This document shows, piece after piece, positions 27,008-36,253 of a stretch of 64,000 nucleotides of DNA. The position numbers were made by a program, and so were the translations under genes. Numbering within the stretch: the stretch's first letter is position 1; each line of letters starts with the position of its first letter. Under the pieces are notes generated by a model that searched no databases, was not told where the DNA came from, and was given only the letters and a program-made list of their open reading frames with translations. The stretch covers positions 288,001-352,000 of the forward strand of contig JBGARZ010000002.1 of the NCBI GenBank assembly GCA_044229975.1. Direction: 5' to 3'. Origin of the DNA: Polyangiales bacterium. GTDB lineage: Bacteria > Myxococcota_A > Polyangia > Polyangiales > Ga0077539.

Positions 27008-27835
27008 TCAGAACTCCATCGCCAGGCCGAGGTTCCACGTCTCGGAGCCGAGGTGGAGCTGCGCGCGCGCGCCGATGGTGCCGAGGTCGGAGCGCGTGTA
27101 CTCGGCGAAGAGGTAGCTGTGGTTGACGCCCATCTGCTGGTCCCACGCGCGCTGCACCGCGGGCTCGAACACGTCGAGGCGCAGCATCAACCCCAGCGCG
27201 AGGTGGGTGCCGATCGACCCGCCGGTGGCGGCCTGGCCGAGGTCGGGGTCGCTCGCGTTGGCACCCGGGGAGAGCGTGAGCGAGCGGCGCGAGAGGGTGT
27301 CACCGTTGGTGATCCACCAGTAGGCATACCCGACGCCGTATTTCACGTACGGCACCACGGGGATCACCGTGCGGCGCGCCAGCACGTCGAGGCGAAACAC
27401 GCCGACGACGTAGCCAGGGATGACCTCCAGCGCGGTCTGCTGACCATCCGTGGGTCGCTGCCAGCCGGAGGCCGGAGGCATCGGCGACTGGGTGAGCGGC
27501 GCGATGGCAGAGATGGACGTGTAGCCCGCGCCGACGCCGAGACCGAGCGACCCGATGGGGTTGATGCGCAGAAACTGCCAATCGATTTCCGCCGAGAGCA
27601 GCAGGCGATCAGTGGTGCCGAACATGTCGGCGAAGGGCGTCGCGCCGTTGTTGAACTCCGAGTCGACGGCCGGGTACCAGGGCCCGCCGCGGAGCTCGAC
27701 GAGGAAGTTCTGCGACGACTCGTGGCGGCTCACCGACCGGTCACGACCGAAGAGCTCGAAGGTCTGCGCCTCCACGACGGACGGTGCCGTCCCCGCGAGA
27801 AGGCCCGCGACCGCACATGCCCACCAGCGCCTCAT
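27008..27835 (-). CDS. Outer-membrane beta-barrel protein (MXAN_2562-like)
   Basis: Signal peptide. ELRGGPWYPAVDSEF, PVVPYVKYG.GY.YWW, GVNHSYLF and terminal LAMEF. Confidence 0.8.
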   Translation of the reverse strand: MRRWWACAVAGLLAGTAPSVVEAQTFELFGRDRSVSRHESSQNFLVELRGGPWYPAVDSEFNNGATPFADMFGTTDRLLLSAEIDWQFLRINPIGSLGLGVGAGYTSISAIAPLTQSPMPPASGWQRPTDGQQTALEVIPGYVVGVFRLDVLARRTVIPVVPYVKYGVGYAYWWITNGDTLSRRSLTLSPGANASDPDLGQAATGGSIGTHLALGLMLRLDVFEPAVQRAWDQQMGVNHSYLFAEYTRSDLGTIGARAQLHLGSETWNLGLAMEF

Positions 27836-29010
27836 CGACTCTTCCTCCTCCGACGCACCCAGACCGCGACGCCAACCACGAGACCCATCCACGCACCCGA
27901 AGCGCCCACGCGACCCGCCGACACCGCACAAGCGCCGGGCAGCGCCTGGCCGCCCGCGGCCCGGTACGACTCCCAGAAGTCCGTCACCGGAACCGGGGTC
28001 ACGCACCGAGGAGCCACCGACACCACGCTGCGGTTGCCCGCGAGGTCCTGCGCCACCACCGCGAGGTGATACGGGCGGCCGTTGGTGAGGCCCTGCGCCA
28101 CCGCGCGCGTGGCCGTCGCGCCCACGAGATCGCTGCACCGATACCGGGCAAACGCGGCGCTGTCGTTGGGGTTGAGCGTCGTCAGCGCGGAGGCTCCGCA
28201 GGTGCCGCCCGCTCCGTCGTCTCCCTCGTCCTCGTCGTCCGCGTCGAGGCGCACGTACGAGGAGTCGCCCGCGTCGGTTCCGCCGTCAGAGGCGGTGGCG
28301 CTCAGCGGCGGATCGCACAACAACCAGTAGCCCTGGAGGTCGGGCGGCGCGGCCGTCGTGGTGCCGCCGTCGGTGTCGGTCGAGAGCGAGCCGGGGTACG
28401 TCCACGTCACGATGGCGGCGCCCTCGCCGGGGCCAGCGACGACGTCGGTCGGCGCGTCGGGCGGCGTGACGTCGTACGCGACGGAGTACGTGCCCACCAC
28501 GTTGCTGTCCGAGGGAGGAAACGCCAGCAGTGAGAGGTAGTTGGTGTTGGCCGTCCCCTGCGTGGTGCCGGGCGTCGCGCAGTTGCCGCCCTCGGGGTCG
28601 ACCAGGTAGCGGCTCTGGATGCGCACCGTGTAGCTGAGCGGCGTCGTCGGGTTGGTGAACGTCAGCGACGGCGTCTGGCGGATGGGCCAGCAGCGGGCCG
28701 TGCCCGACGTCACCGGCGCGCGCGCGTTGGCCATGGTGCAGGCCATCGCGTCGGCGCCGACGAAATACTGAAGCGACGTCGTGGTCATGCCGCCGGGGTT
28801 GGCGGAGAAGTTGATCGTGAAGGTCCACTCCTCGCTCTCGCAGTCGCGCAGCCCGATGGGCGACGTGATGTTGAGCGACGACTGGATGCCGCCGGGGTCT
28901 TGCGTGCGAGGTGAGCCCGAGCGCGAGATGTTGGTGAACACCTGCGCCGACGCCTCGCTCGTCAGTCCGAGGAGGGCCACCGCCAACAGCAGCGAGGTCG
29001 TGCGCGACAT
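27832..29010 (-). CDS. Secreted FN3-like protein with MYXO-CTERM-like anchor (MXAN_2561-like)
   Basis: Signal peptide. PPDAPT..GEG, GLTNG..Y..AVVAQDLAGN and DFWESYRAAGG, then GAC + TM + RRRR. ATGA overlap with the barrel gene. Confidence 0.8.
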   Translation of the reverse strand: MSRTTSLLLAVALLGLTSEASAQVFTNISRSGSPRTQDPGGIQSSLNITSPIGLRDCESEEWTFTINFSANPGGMTTTSLQYFVGADAMACTMANARAPVTSGTARCWPIRQTPSLTFTNPTTPLSYTVRIQSRYLVDPEGGNCATPGTTQGTANTNYLSLLAFPPSDSNVVGTYSVAYDVTPPDAPTDVVAGPGEGAAIVTWTYPGSLSTDTDGGTTTAAPPDLQGYWLLCDPPLSATASDGGTDAGDSSYVRLDADDEDEGDDGAGGTCGASALTTLNPNDSAAFARYRCSDLVGATATRAVAQGLTNGRPYHLAVVAQDLAGNRSVVSVAPRCVTPVPVTDFWESYRAAGGQALPGACAVSAGRVGASGAWMGLVVGVAVWVRRRRKSR

Positions 29011-29126
29011 CCGCGGGATGAACAGCAAGGCGCGTTCCTCACGGGGAGCGACGTCGCGAGCGGAGTTCTCCGCGGATTCACGTATGGAGAGCGATGCCAC
29101 GCGCTGCCAGGATGTCACGCCGACGG

Positions 29127-30152
29127 TCATGCCCGGGTCGAAGGCGTCACACCGAAGGCCCGCTCGGCGACCTGAACGGCGTTGAGCGCGGCACCCTTGC
29201 GGAGGTTGTCGCCAACCACCCAGAGGGACAGCGCTTGCGGGTCGTTGAGGTCTTGCCGCACGCGGCCCACGGCGACGGCGTCGGTGCCCGACACCTGCCG
29301 CGGCTGCGGATGCTGGCCGGGCCCGATGCGGTCGTCGACCACCACGCCCGGCGCGGCGCGCAAGCAAGCGAGCGCCTCGTCGCGCGTGACGGTGCGGCTG
29401 AAGCGCGCCCAGACGCTCTGCGAGTGGGCGTTGCGCACGGGCACGCGCACGCAGGTCGGAGACACGCGGAGCCCCGGCAGCTCCATGATCTTGCGGCTCT
29501 CGGCGACGATCTTCAGCTCCTCCTCGGAGAAGCCCGAGGGCTCGTGCGACCAGTCCGCGAGCAGGTTGCCCGCAAGCACGCCGGGCAGCACCGCCGTCGG
29601 AGGCTCTTCGCCCGCTGCGATGGCGCGCTGCTGACGCTCGAACTCGTCGACGGCCCGCGCGCCCTTGCCCGAGATGGCCTGGTAGGTCGACACCACGACG
29701 TGTTCGAGGCCCGCGAGGTCGTGCAGGGGCTTGAGCGCGAGCAGTAGCTGGATGGTCGAGCAGTTGGGGTTGGCGACGATGCCGACGCGCGACGCTGGGA
29801 TGCGGTGGCCGTTGACCTCGGGCACCACCAGCGGGAGGTCGTCGTGCATGCGGAACGCGCTGGAGTTGTCGACCACCAGGCAGCCCGCCTTCGCCGCGAT
29901 GGGGCCCCACTCGCGGGCCACCGACGAGCCCGCCGAGAACAGCGCCACCGAGGCGCCCTCGAAGACGCTCGCCGAAGGCGGCTGCAGGGTGAGGGGCTCG
30001 CCGCGGAAGTTCACCGTGCCGCCCGCGGACTTCTCCGACGCGATGGCGCGCAGCTGGCGCACGGGAAAGTCACGCTGCTCCAGCACGCGGAGCATCTCCT
30101 GCCCGACAGCGCCGGTCGCGCCGACGAGCACCACATCCATGCGTTCGTTCAT
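29127..30152 (-). CDS. asd: Aspartate-semialdehyde dehydrogenase
   Basis: GATGAVG, DNSSAFRM, ANPNCSTIQ, STYQAISG, CVRVPV and DNLRKGAALNA. Confidence 0.96.
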   Translation of the reverse strand: MNERMDVVLVGATGAVGQEMLRVLEQRDFPVRQLRAIASEKSAGGTVNFRGEPLTLQPPSASVFEGASVALFSAGSSVAREWGPIAAKAGCLVVDNSSAFRMHDDLPLVVPEVNGHRIPASRVGIVANPNCSTIQLLLALKPLHDLAGLEHVVVSTYQAISGKGARAVDEFERQQRAIAAGEEPPTAVLPGVLAGNLLADWSHEPSGFSEEELKIVAESRKIMELPGLRVSPTCVRVPVRNAHSQSVWARFSRTVTRDEALACLRAAPGVVVDDRIGPGQHPQPRQVSGTDAVAVGRVRQDLNDPQALSLWVVGDNLRKGAALNAVQVAERAFGVTPSTRA

Positions 30153-30243
30153 GGCGGAACTCTCTACCGAAGATTGGTCCCCGCGCACAATCGCGCGGAG
30201 ACCGATCGGGTGATTTGGGAGGGGGATTTCGGAAGGAGGATCT

Positions 30244-32451
30244 TCAGCGACGCGGGCGATCACCACCGCGGCCGGGCGGGCCGCGACGGTCACCACCGGA
30301 GCTGCGGGGCGGCTCGTTGTGGGACTTCTCCATCCGCTCCTTGGCGCGCTCGCCCTCCTCCCCTTCGGGGAGCGGGAGCACCGCGCGGCGGGAGAGGCGG
30401 ATCTTGCCGGTGCCATCCTCGATGGAGAGCACCTTGACCTCGACCTCCTGGCCCTCCTTGAGGACGTCGGCGACGTTCTCGATGCGGACGTGGTCGAGCT
30501 CGCTCACGTGCACGAGCCCTTCGGTGCCAGGGAAGATCTCGACGAAGGCGCCGAAGTCGACGACCCGCTTCACGGTGCCCTTGTACACGGCCCCGATCTC
30601 CGCCTCGGCGGTGAGGCCGCGGATGATGTCGATGGCGCGCTGCACCGCGACGCTGTCGGCGCTCGCGATGTTGACCGTTCCGTCGTCCTCGACGTCGATG
30701 GCGACGCCGGTCTGGTCGACGATGCCCTTGATGGTCTTGCCGCCGGGGCCGATGACGAGGCGGATCTGCGAGGGATTGACCTTGAGCGTCGTGATGCGCG
30801 GCGCGTACTTCGACAGCTCGGTGCGGTGCGTCGGCAGCGTCGCGAGCATGCGCCCGAGGATGTGCAGCCGCGCGTCGCGGGCCTGCTTGAGGGCCTTCTC
30901 CAGGATCTCGCGCGAGAGCCCGTCGATCTTGATGTCCATCTGGATCGCGGTGACGCCCTTGGCGGTGCCGCAGACCTTGAAGTCCATGTCGCCGAGGTGA
31001 TCTTCGTCGCCGAGGATGTCGGTGAGGATGGCGATCTTGTCGCCCTCCTTGATGAGACCCATCGCGATGCCGGCGACGGGGGCCTTGATGGGCACGCCGG
31101 CGTCCATGAGGGCGAGCGCGCCGCCGCAGACCGAGGCCATGGAGCTCGACCCGTTGGACTCGGTGATCTCGCTCACGATGCGGACGGTGTACGGAAACTG
31201 CTCGGCCGGCGGGATCATCCGCGCGAGCGCGCGCTCGGCGAGGTTGCCGTGACCGATCTCGCGACGGCCGGGGCCGCGCATGGGCTTGGTCTCGCCGACC
31301 GAGTACGGCGGGAAGTTGTAGTGGAGCAGGAAGCGCTTCCACTTCTCGCCGACGAGGCCGTCGATCTTCTGCTCGTCCTGCGCGGTGCCGAGGGTGGCGG
31401 TGACGATGCCCTGGGTTTCGCCGCGGGTGAAGAGCGCGCTGCCGTGCACGCGCGGGAGCAGGCCGACCTCGCACGCGATGGGTCGCACGGTGACGCTGTC
31501 GCGGCCGTCGATGCGCACCTGCTCGTCGACGATCATCGTGCGCATGACGTTGCCCTGCACCTCGCTGAACGCCTCCTTGAGCAGCCCCTCCTTCTCGGGG
31601 AACTCGGGCTTGAGCGCCTCGAGCATCTGGCTCTTGAGCGCCTTGAACTTCCCGTAGCGCTCGCCCTTCACGCGGGTGCGCGACGCGTCGCTCAGGCCCG
31701 CGCCGACGACCTCGCGGATGCGGCGGAACATGTCGTCCGTGGGGCGCTTCGCAGCGAAGACCTTCTTGGTCTTGCCCACCGCCTCGCGGATGCGCTCCTG
31801 GAGTTCGAGCACCGGCTGCATGCTGCGGTGCGCGAACATGAGCGCCTCGATGAGCTCGTCCTCGGAGAACTCGTCGGCGGCCCCCTCGACCATCACGATG
31901 GCGTCCTTGCTGCCCGCGACGATCATGTCGAGATCGCTCTTGGCGATCTCGTCGAAGGTGGGGTTGGCGACAAGCTTGCCGTCCACGCGACCCACGCGAA
32001 CGCCCGCGATGGGGCCAGCCCAGGGCACGTCGCTGATGTGCAGCGCGGTGCTGGCGCCGATGAGGGCGAGCACGTCGGTGGTGTGCACCTTGTCGGCCGA
32101 GAGCACCGTCGCGATGATCTGCACGTCGTTGCGGTAGCCGTCGGGGAAGAGCGGGCGGCAGGGGCGGTCGATGAGCCGCGAGGTGAGGATCTCCTCGTCG
32201 CGGAGACGACCCTCGCGCTTGAAGAACCCGCCGGGGATGCGGCCCGCGGCGAAGGTCTTCTCCACATAGTCGACGGACAGGGGGAAGAAGTCGATGCCAG
32301 GGCGCTCGTCCGAGCTGGCGCAGGCGGTCACGAGGACGATGGACTCGCCCGCGCTGATGAGCACGGAGCCGTTCGCCTGCTTGGCGACGCGGCCCGTCTC
32401 GATGGTGACGGTGGTGTTCCCGATCTCGACGCTCTCACGAATGATCGACAT
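30244..32451 (-). CDS. pnp: Polyribonucleotide nucleotidyltransferase (PNPase)
   Basis: Two RNase PH domains (GFFKREG, RREIGHG, DHLGDMDFK), KH (IGPGGK) and S1. Confidence 0.98.
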   Translation of the reverse strand: MSIIRESVEIGNTTVTIETGRVAKQANGSVLISAGESIVLVTACASSDERPGIDFFPLSVDYVEKTFAAGRIPGGFFKREGRLRDEEILTSRLIDRPCRPLFPDGYRNDVQIIATVLSADKVHTTDVLALIGASTALHISDVPWAGPIAGVRVGRVDGKLVANPTFDEIAKSDLDMIVAGSKDAIVMVEGAADEFSEDELIEALMFAHRSMQPVLELQERIREAVGKTKKVFAAKRPTDDMFRRIREVVGAGLSDASRTRVKGERYGKFKALKSQMLEALKPEFPEKEGLLKEAFSEVQGNVMRTMIVDEQVRIDGRDSVTVRPIACEVGLLPRVHGSALFTRGETQGIVTATLGTAQDEQKIDGLVGEKWKRFLLHYNFPPYSVGETKPMRGPGRREIGHGNLAERALARMIPPAEQFPYTVRIVSEITESNGSSSMASVCGGALALMDAGVPIKAPVAGIAMGLIKEGDKIAILTDILGDEDHLGDMDFKVCGTAKGVTAIQMDIKIDGLSREILEKALKQARDARLHILGRMLATLPTHRTELSKYAPRITTLKVNPSQIRLVIGPGGKTIKGIVDQTGVAIDVEDDGTVNIASADSVAVQRAIDIIRGLTAEAEIGAVYKGTVKRVVDFGAFVEIFPGTEGLVHVSELDHVRIENVADVLKEGQEVEVKVLSIEDGTGKIRLSRRAVLPLPEGEEGERAKERMEKSHNEPPRSSGGDRRGPPGRGGDRPRR

Positions 32452-32666
32452 AAAGCCTCACGGATTCCGTCGGCGGTGGGGGACGGAGCGAGGCGGCGGG
32501 GGTCGATCGGGGTCGTTCGGTGTCCTCGGTTCCTGGGCGCACGCCGACGGGGCGTGGCGCACACGAAGCGAAGACCGGAGCGACGCGGTTCGATCGGAGC
32601 CTCGCGGTGTCGAGGTGCGCGCCGACGAGCGCCCTGGACATCGCGTGGGTAACCCCAGAAACACCG

Positions 32667-32695
32667 ACGCCCCGCCGGGTGATCGGGCGGGGCGT
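32667..32695 (-). terminator. Hairpin downstream of rpsO
   Basis: ACGCCCCGCC-N9-GGCGGGGCGT, followed on the minus strand by CGGTGTTTCT. Confidence 0.55.
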
Positions 32696-32709
32696 TGGCG
32701 GGTGCAGAC

Positions 32710-32979
32710 TTACTTGCGGAGGTTGAGCTCGGCGATGATCTTCCGGTAGGCCGGAACGTCGTGGCTCTTCAGGTAGTCGAGGTGCCGACGGCGCTGGCTC
32801 ACCATCTTCAGCAGCCCGCGCCGCGAGTGATGGTCCTTCTTGTGGGTCTCGAAGTGACCCTGGAGCAGCGAGATGCGCGCCGAGAGCAGCGCGATCTGGA
32901 CCTGAGGAGAACCCGTGTCCCCCTCGGACTGGCGGAACTTCTCGATGATTTCAGTCTTGGTGGACGTGTGCAGCGACAT
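32710..32979 (-). CDS. rpsO: 30S ribosomal protein S15
   Basis: [10 protein letters not shown] and [23 protein letters not shown]. Lies upstream of pnp. Confidence 0.97.
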   Translation of the reverse strand: MSLHTSTKTEIIEKFRQSEGDTGSPQVQIALLSARISLLQGHFETHKKDHHSRRGLLKMVSQRRRHLDYLKSHDVPAYRKIIAELNLRK

Positions 32980-33011
32980 GTTGTGCGTTCCTTGATCGAA
33001 AACGGGCGCGG

Positions 33012-33039
33012 AGTATCTCCGCTTCAGGACAGGTGTCAA
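33012..33039 (-). promoter_or_regulatory. Sigma70-like promoter of rpsO-pnp
   Basis: Minus strand TTGACA-N16-GATACT, about 30 nt upstream of the ATG. Confidence 0.6.
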
Positions 33040-33170
33040 TCACCACCTGATGTGATAGTGCGCGGTCTCCCATCCATCGGGTGGGCTCAAGGCGTCGGGG
33101 CGATCTCTCGCACGACTCTGTCTCTGGTGACTACCCCGGGCCATGGCGCCCGATGCGAGCGGCTACTCCT

Positions 33171-34928
33171 ATGCTGGAAGGACTTCGTCGGCACTCCAAC
33201 TCCCTCTTCCTCATCGTGCTGGTCGCGTCCGTCGCGACCATCTTCGGCGTGGGGTGGGGGCCTGGATCGCAGGGCTGCTCGCAGGGCAGCCTGAGGGTCA
33301 ATTACGCCGCCAAGGTGTACGGGCGCACGCTCACCGAGGGTGACTACGTCGCGGCCATCAGCTCGCTGCCGCGCTTGATGCCTGGCTCCCAGAGCGAGAA
33401 CCCCGCCATCGCCGGGGCCATCCGTCAGGGCGCGCTCGACGGCCTCATCGAGCGGGAGCTCCTGGCCCACGAGGCCGAGCGCCTCGGCATGCGGGTGACC
33501 GACGAGATGGTCAACGACGAGTTTCGCAACTGCCGCTTCTACGCCTCCGTCGGCGTCGGGGCCGAGCCGATCCTGAGCGTGCAGTCGGGCCACGTCGACC
33601 TGCCCCCGACCATGTGCGGCGGCGCCGGCGACCGCTTCGACTACGCCCAGTTCGAGCGGCGCATCGCGCGCGGCCTCTTCCGCCGCGCGGTGCCCGACCT
33701 GCGCGCGTCCATGGTGCGCGAGATGCTCGCGCAGCGCATGCGCGACGCGGTGCGCTCGACGGTGCAGATCTCCGACGAGGAGATGTGGCGCGACTACCAG
33801 CGCACGCACGACCAGATGGCGGTGCGCTACCTCCGCTTCCCGCTCAGCTTCTACCGCGCGCTCGTCCGCGACGACGACCCGGCGCAGGTCGAGGCGTGGG
33901 CGGGCCAGCACAACGACGAGATCCAGCGGCAGTGGGAGCGGCGCCGCGAGAGCCTCCGCGGGCTGCATCGTGAGTTCCGCGCGCGGCAGATCGTCGTGCG
34001 CTTCCCGGAGGGCGCGACCGACGCGCAGAAGGCGGAGGTGCGAGCCCGCGCCGAGGCCATCCGCGCGCAGCTCGTGGCGGGCGGCGACTTCGTGCGCCTC
34101 GCGCGTCTCTACTCCGATGACTCGCTCACCTGGCGCGAGGGTGGCCTGATGACCTGGGCGCCCGTCGAGGGCGGCTCGCTCGACGCCGCGGTGGTTCGCG
34201 CCACGGTCGCGCTCCAGCCCAACGGCATCACCCCGGTGACCGACACCGCGACGGGCGTGCACATCGTTCAGCTCCTCGGGTTTCGCGAGGGCGACGTGCC
34301 CGAGGCCGAGGCCAAGCGCGACATCGCCCGCACGCTCTTCCGCGAGACGCGCGGCGCCGAGCTCGCCCGCGAGGCTGCTCGCGCGGCGCTCACGAGCCTC
34401 GGGTCGGCGACCAACCTCGACGAGGCGTCGACGGCCGTCCGCACTGCCGCGCTGCGGGAGTTCTACCGGGGCGAGACGCCGGCCGCGATCACGCTGGCGG
34501 GCAACGTTTCGCTCGCGCCCGTCGAGCGCACCGACCTCGGCGCGCCTGCTCTTCAGGACAGCGAGGTGTTTGCGCGCAACGGCTTCGTGGTCAACGACGT
34601 CGAGCACGGCGAGCTGCTCACCAACACGGCCTTCTCGCTCACGCAGGAGCACCCGTTCGTGCGCGAGCCCGTGCAGGCCGGCGAGGACTGGTTCGTGATG
34701 CGCTTCAAGGACGGCAGCCGCACCGTCGCCACGCGCGAGGAGTTCGGCCGTCAGCGCCAGGAGCTGCTCTCGACCGCCGCTGCCTCGGCGCTTGCGGCGC
34801 GACAGCGCGACGTGCTCGTGCAGTACGTCACCCGCCTGCGGCAGGAGGCTGAGCACGAGGGTCAGGTTCGCATCGGCAACTCGCCGCGACTGCGGGCGCC
34901 CGCCGAGGGCGACACCGAGGGCAACTGA
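33171..34928 (+). CDS. PpiD/SurA-type membrane-anchored peptidyl-prolyl isomerase/chaperone
   Basis: N-terminal TM, SurA_N pattern (LIERELLAHEAERLGMRVTD), parvulin-like DFVRLARLYSDD..EGG..GVHIV. Confidence 0.85.
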   Translation: MLEGLRRHSNSLFLIVLVASVATIFGVGWGPGSQGCSQGSLRVNYAAKVYGRTLTEGDYVAAISSLPRLMPGSQSENPAIAGAIRQGALDGLIERELLAHEAERLGMRVTDEMVNDEFRNCRFYASVGVGAEPILSVQSGHVDLPPTMCGGAGDRFDYAQFERRIARGLFRRAVPDLRASMVREMLAQRMRDAVRSTVQISDEEMWRDYQRTHDQMAVRYLRFPLSFYRALVRDDDPAQVEAWAGQHNDEIQRQWERRRESLRGLHREFRARQIVVRFPEGATDAQKAEVRARAEAIRAQLVAGGDFVRLARLYSDDSLTWREGGLMTWAPVEGGSLDAAVVRATVALQPNGITPVTDTATGVHIVQLLGFREGDVPEAEAKRDIARTLFRETRGAELAREAARAALTSLGSATNLDEASTAVRTAALREFYRGETPAAITLAGNVSLAPVERTDLGAPALQDSEVFARNGFVVNDVEHGELLTNTAFSLTQEHPFVREPVQAGEDWFVMRFKDGSRTVATREEFGRQRQELLSTAAASALAARQRDVLVQYVTRLRQEAEHEGQVRIGNSPRLRAPAEGDTEGN

Positions 34929-34942
34929 CGCCCCAACGGTCG

Positions 34943-36253
34943 ATGCACGACGTCCGCACGCACCGGCTGTCCAATGGACTGCGGGTCCTGACGATTCACC
35001 GGCCCCATCTGCACCGCGCGGTGACGGCGGTCTACGTCCACGTCGGCTCACGGCACGAGCGGCCCGCCCACAACGGGCTCTCGCACTTCCTCGAACACAT
35101 GTTGTTCCGCGGCTCCGAGGCGCTGCCCTCGGCGGCGCTGGTCAACGACGCGGTGGAGTCCCTCGGCGGCTCCATGAACGCCGCGACCCACACCGACTTC
35201 ACGGTCTTCGAGCTCGACGCGCCGCCCGACGTGCTCGGTGAAGCGAGCGCCATCCTCGGCGGGCTCCTCACGCGCCCGGTGTTCGCCGACCGCAAGGTCG
35301 AGGTCGGCATCGTGCGCGAGGAGCTGCTGGAGGACGTCGACGATCGCGGCCGCGACATCTCCCCCGACAACCACGTGCGTCGTCTCGTGTTCGGCGAGCA
35401 CCCCCTCGGCGCGCCCATCGCGGGAACGGTGCGCAACGTCACCCGCTTCACCGACGGCGACCTGCGCGCCCACCACGGCCTCCACTACGTGGTCGGCAAC
35501 ATGGTCGCGTGCGCCGCAGGTCCCCTCCCCCACACGGAGCTGCTGCGTGCGGTGAGCGGGTCGCTGCGTGCGCTCCCCTCGGGGCCGCGTCAGGTGCCGC
35601 GTTCGTACGAGCGGGCGCAGACCCGGCCGCGGCGATCGATGGTCCACCACGCGGGCGGAAGTCAGACGGCGTTGCGCATCGCGTTTCCATGCGAGGGCCT
35701 CGACGACCCGGCGGGCGCCGCGACGGAGATGCTGCTGCGGGTGATCGACGACGGGATGTCGACGCCGCTCTACCGTCGCGTCTGCGAAGAGAAGGGCCTC
35801 GCCTATGACGTGTCGGCCAACATCGAGCGCTTCACCGAGGTGGGCGTCGTCGAGGTGGCGGCCTCCGTCGCACGCGGCTCCGTCGGGGCGGTGATCGAAG
35901 AGGTGACGGCCATCCTCCGCGGGCTGGCGGCCGACGGACCCACGGGCGCCGAGATGGAGAAGGCGCGACGGCGCTTCGGCTTCGACCTCGACGCCCTCGA
36001 CGACGACCCGCAAGACCTCTGCGACTTCTACGGCCCCGCAGAGCTCTTCGGTCAGCGGCGAAAACCCGCTGCCCGACGACGCGAGCTGATGTCGCTCCGC
36101 GCGGCCGACCTGCGCGCGGCCGCCCGGCGGATCTTCGACCCGTCGCGCATGAGCGTGGTGCTCGTCGGTCCGCGAGCGCCCCGCTACGAGGCCGAGCTCA
36201 CCGAGCTCTCCCGCGCGACGCGCGCCCGCTGGCGGGGGGCCGTCTCGCCGTGA
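34943..36253 (+). CDS. M16 family zinc peptidase
   Basis: GLSHFLEHMLFRG (HxxEH), NAAT, and STPLYRRVCEEKGLAY. Confidence 0.93.
   Translation: MHDVRTHRLSNGLRVLTIHRPHLHRAVTAVYVHVGSRHERPAHNGLSHFLEHMLFRGSEALPSAALVNDAVESLGGSMNAATHTDFTVFELDAPPDVLGEASAILGGLLTRPVFADRKVEVGIVREELLEDVDDRGRDISPDNHVRRLVFGEHPLGAPIAGTVRNVTRFTDGDLRAHHGLHYVVGNMVACAAGPLPHTELLRAVSGSLRALPSGPRQVPRSYERAQTRPRRSMVHHAGGSQTALRIAFPCEGLDDPAGAATEMLLRVIDDGMSTPLYRRVCEEKGLAYDVSANIERFTEVGVVEVAASVARGSVGAVIEEVTAILRGLAADGPTGAEMEKARRRFGFDLDALDDDPQDLCDFYGPAELFGQRRKPAARRRELMSLRAADLRAAARRIFDPSRMSVVLVGPRAPRYEAELTELSRATRARWRGAVSP

Noticed and set aside
30319..32652. Very long antisense or alternate-frame ORFs (e.g. 30319-32652 +, 14455-17415 +, 23191-25389 -, 33087-35051 -)
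   Set aside because: They shadow well-supported genes. Stop codons are rare at this GC content and the translations carry no motifs.
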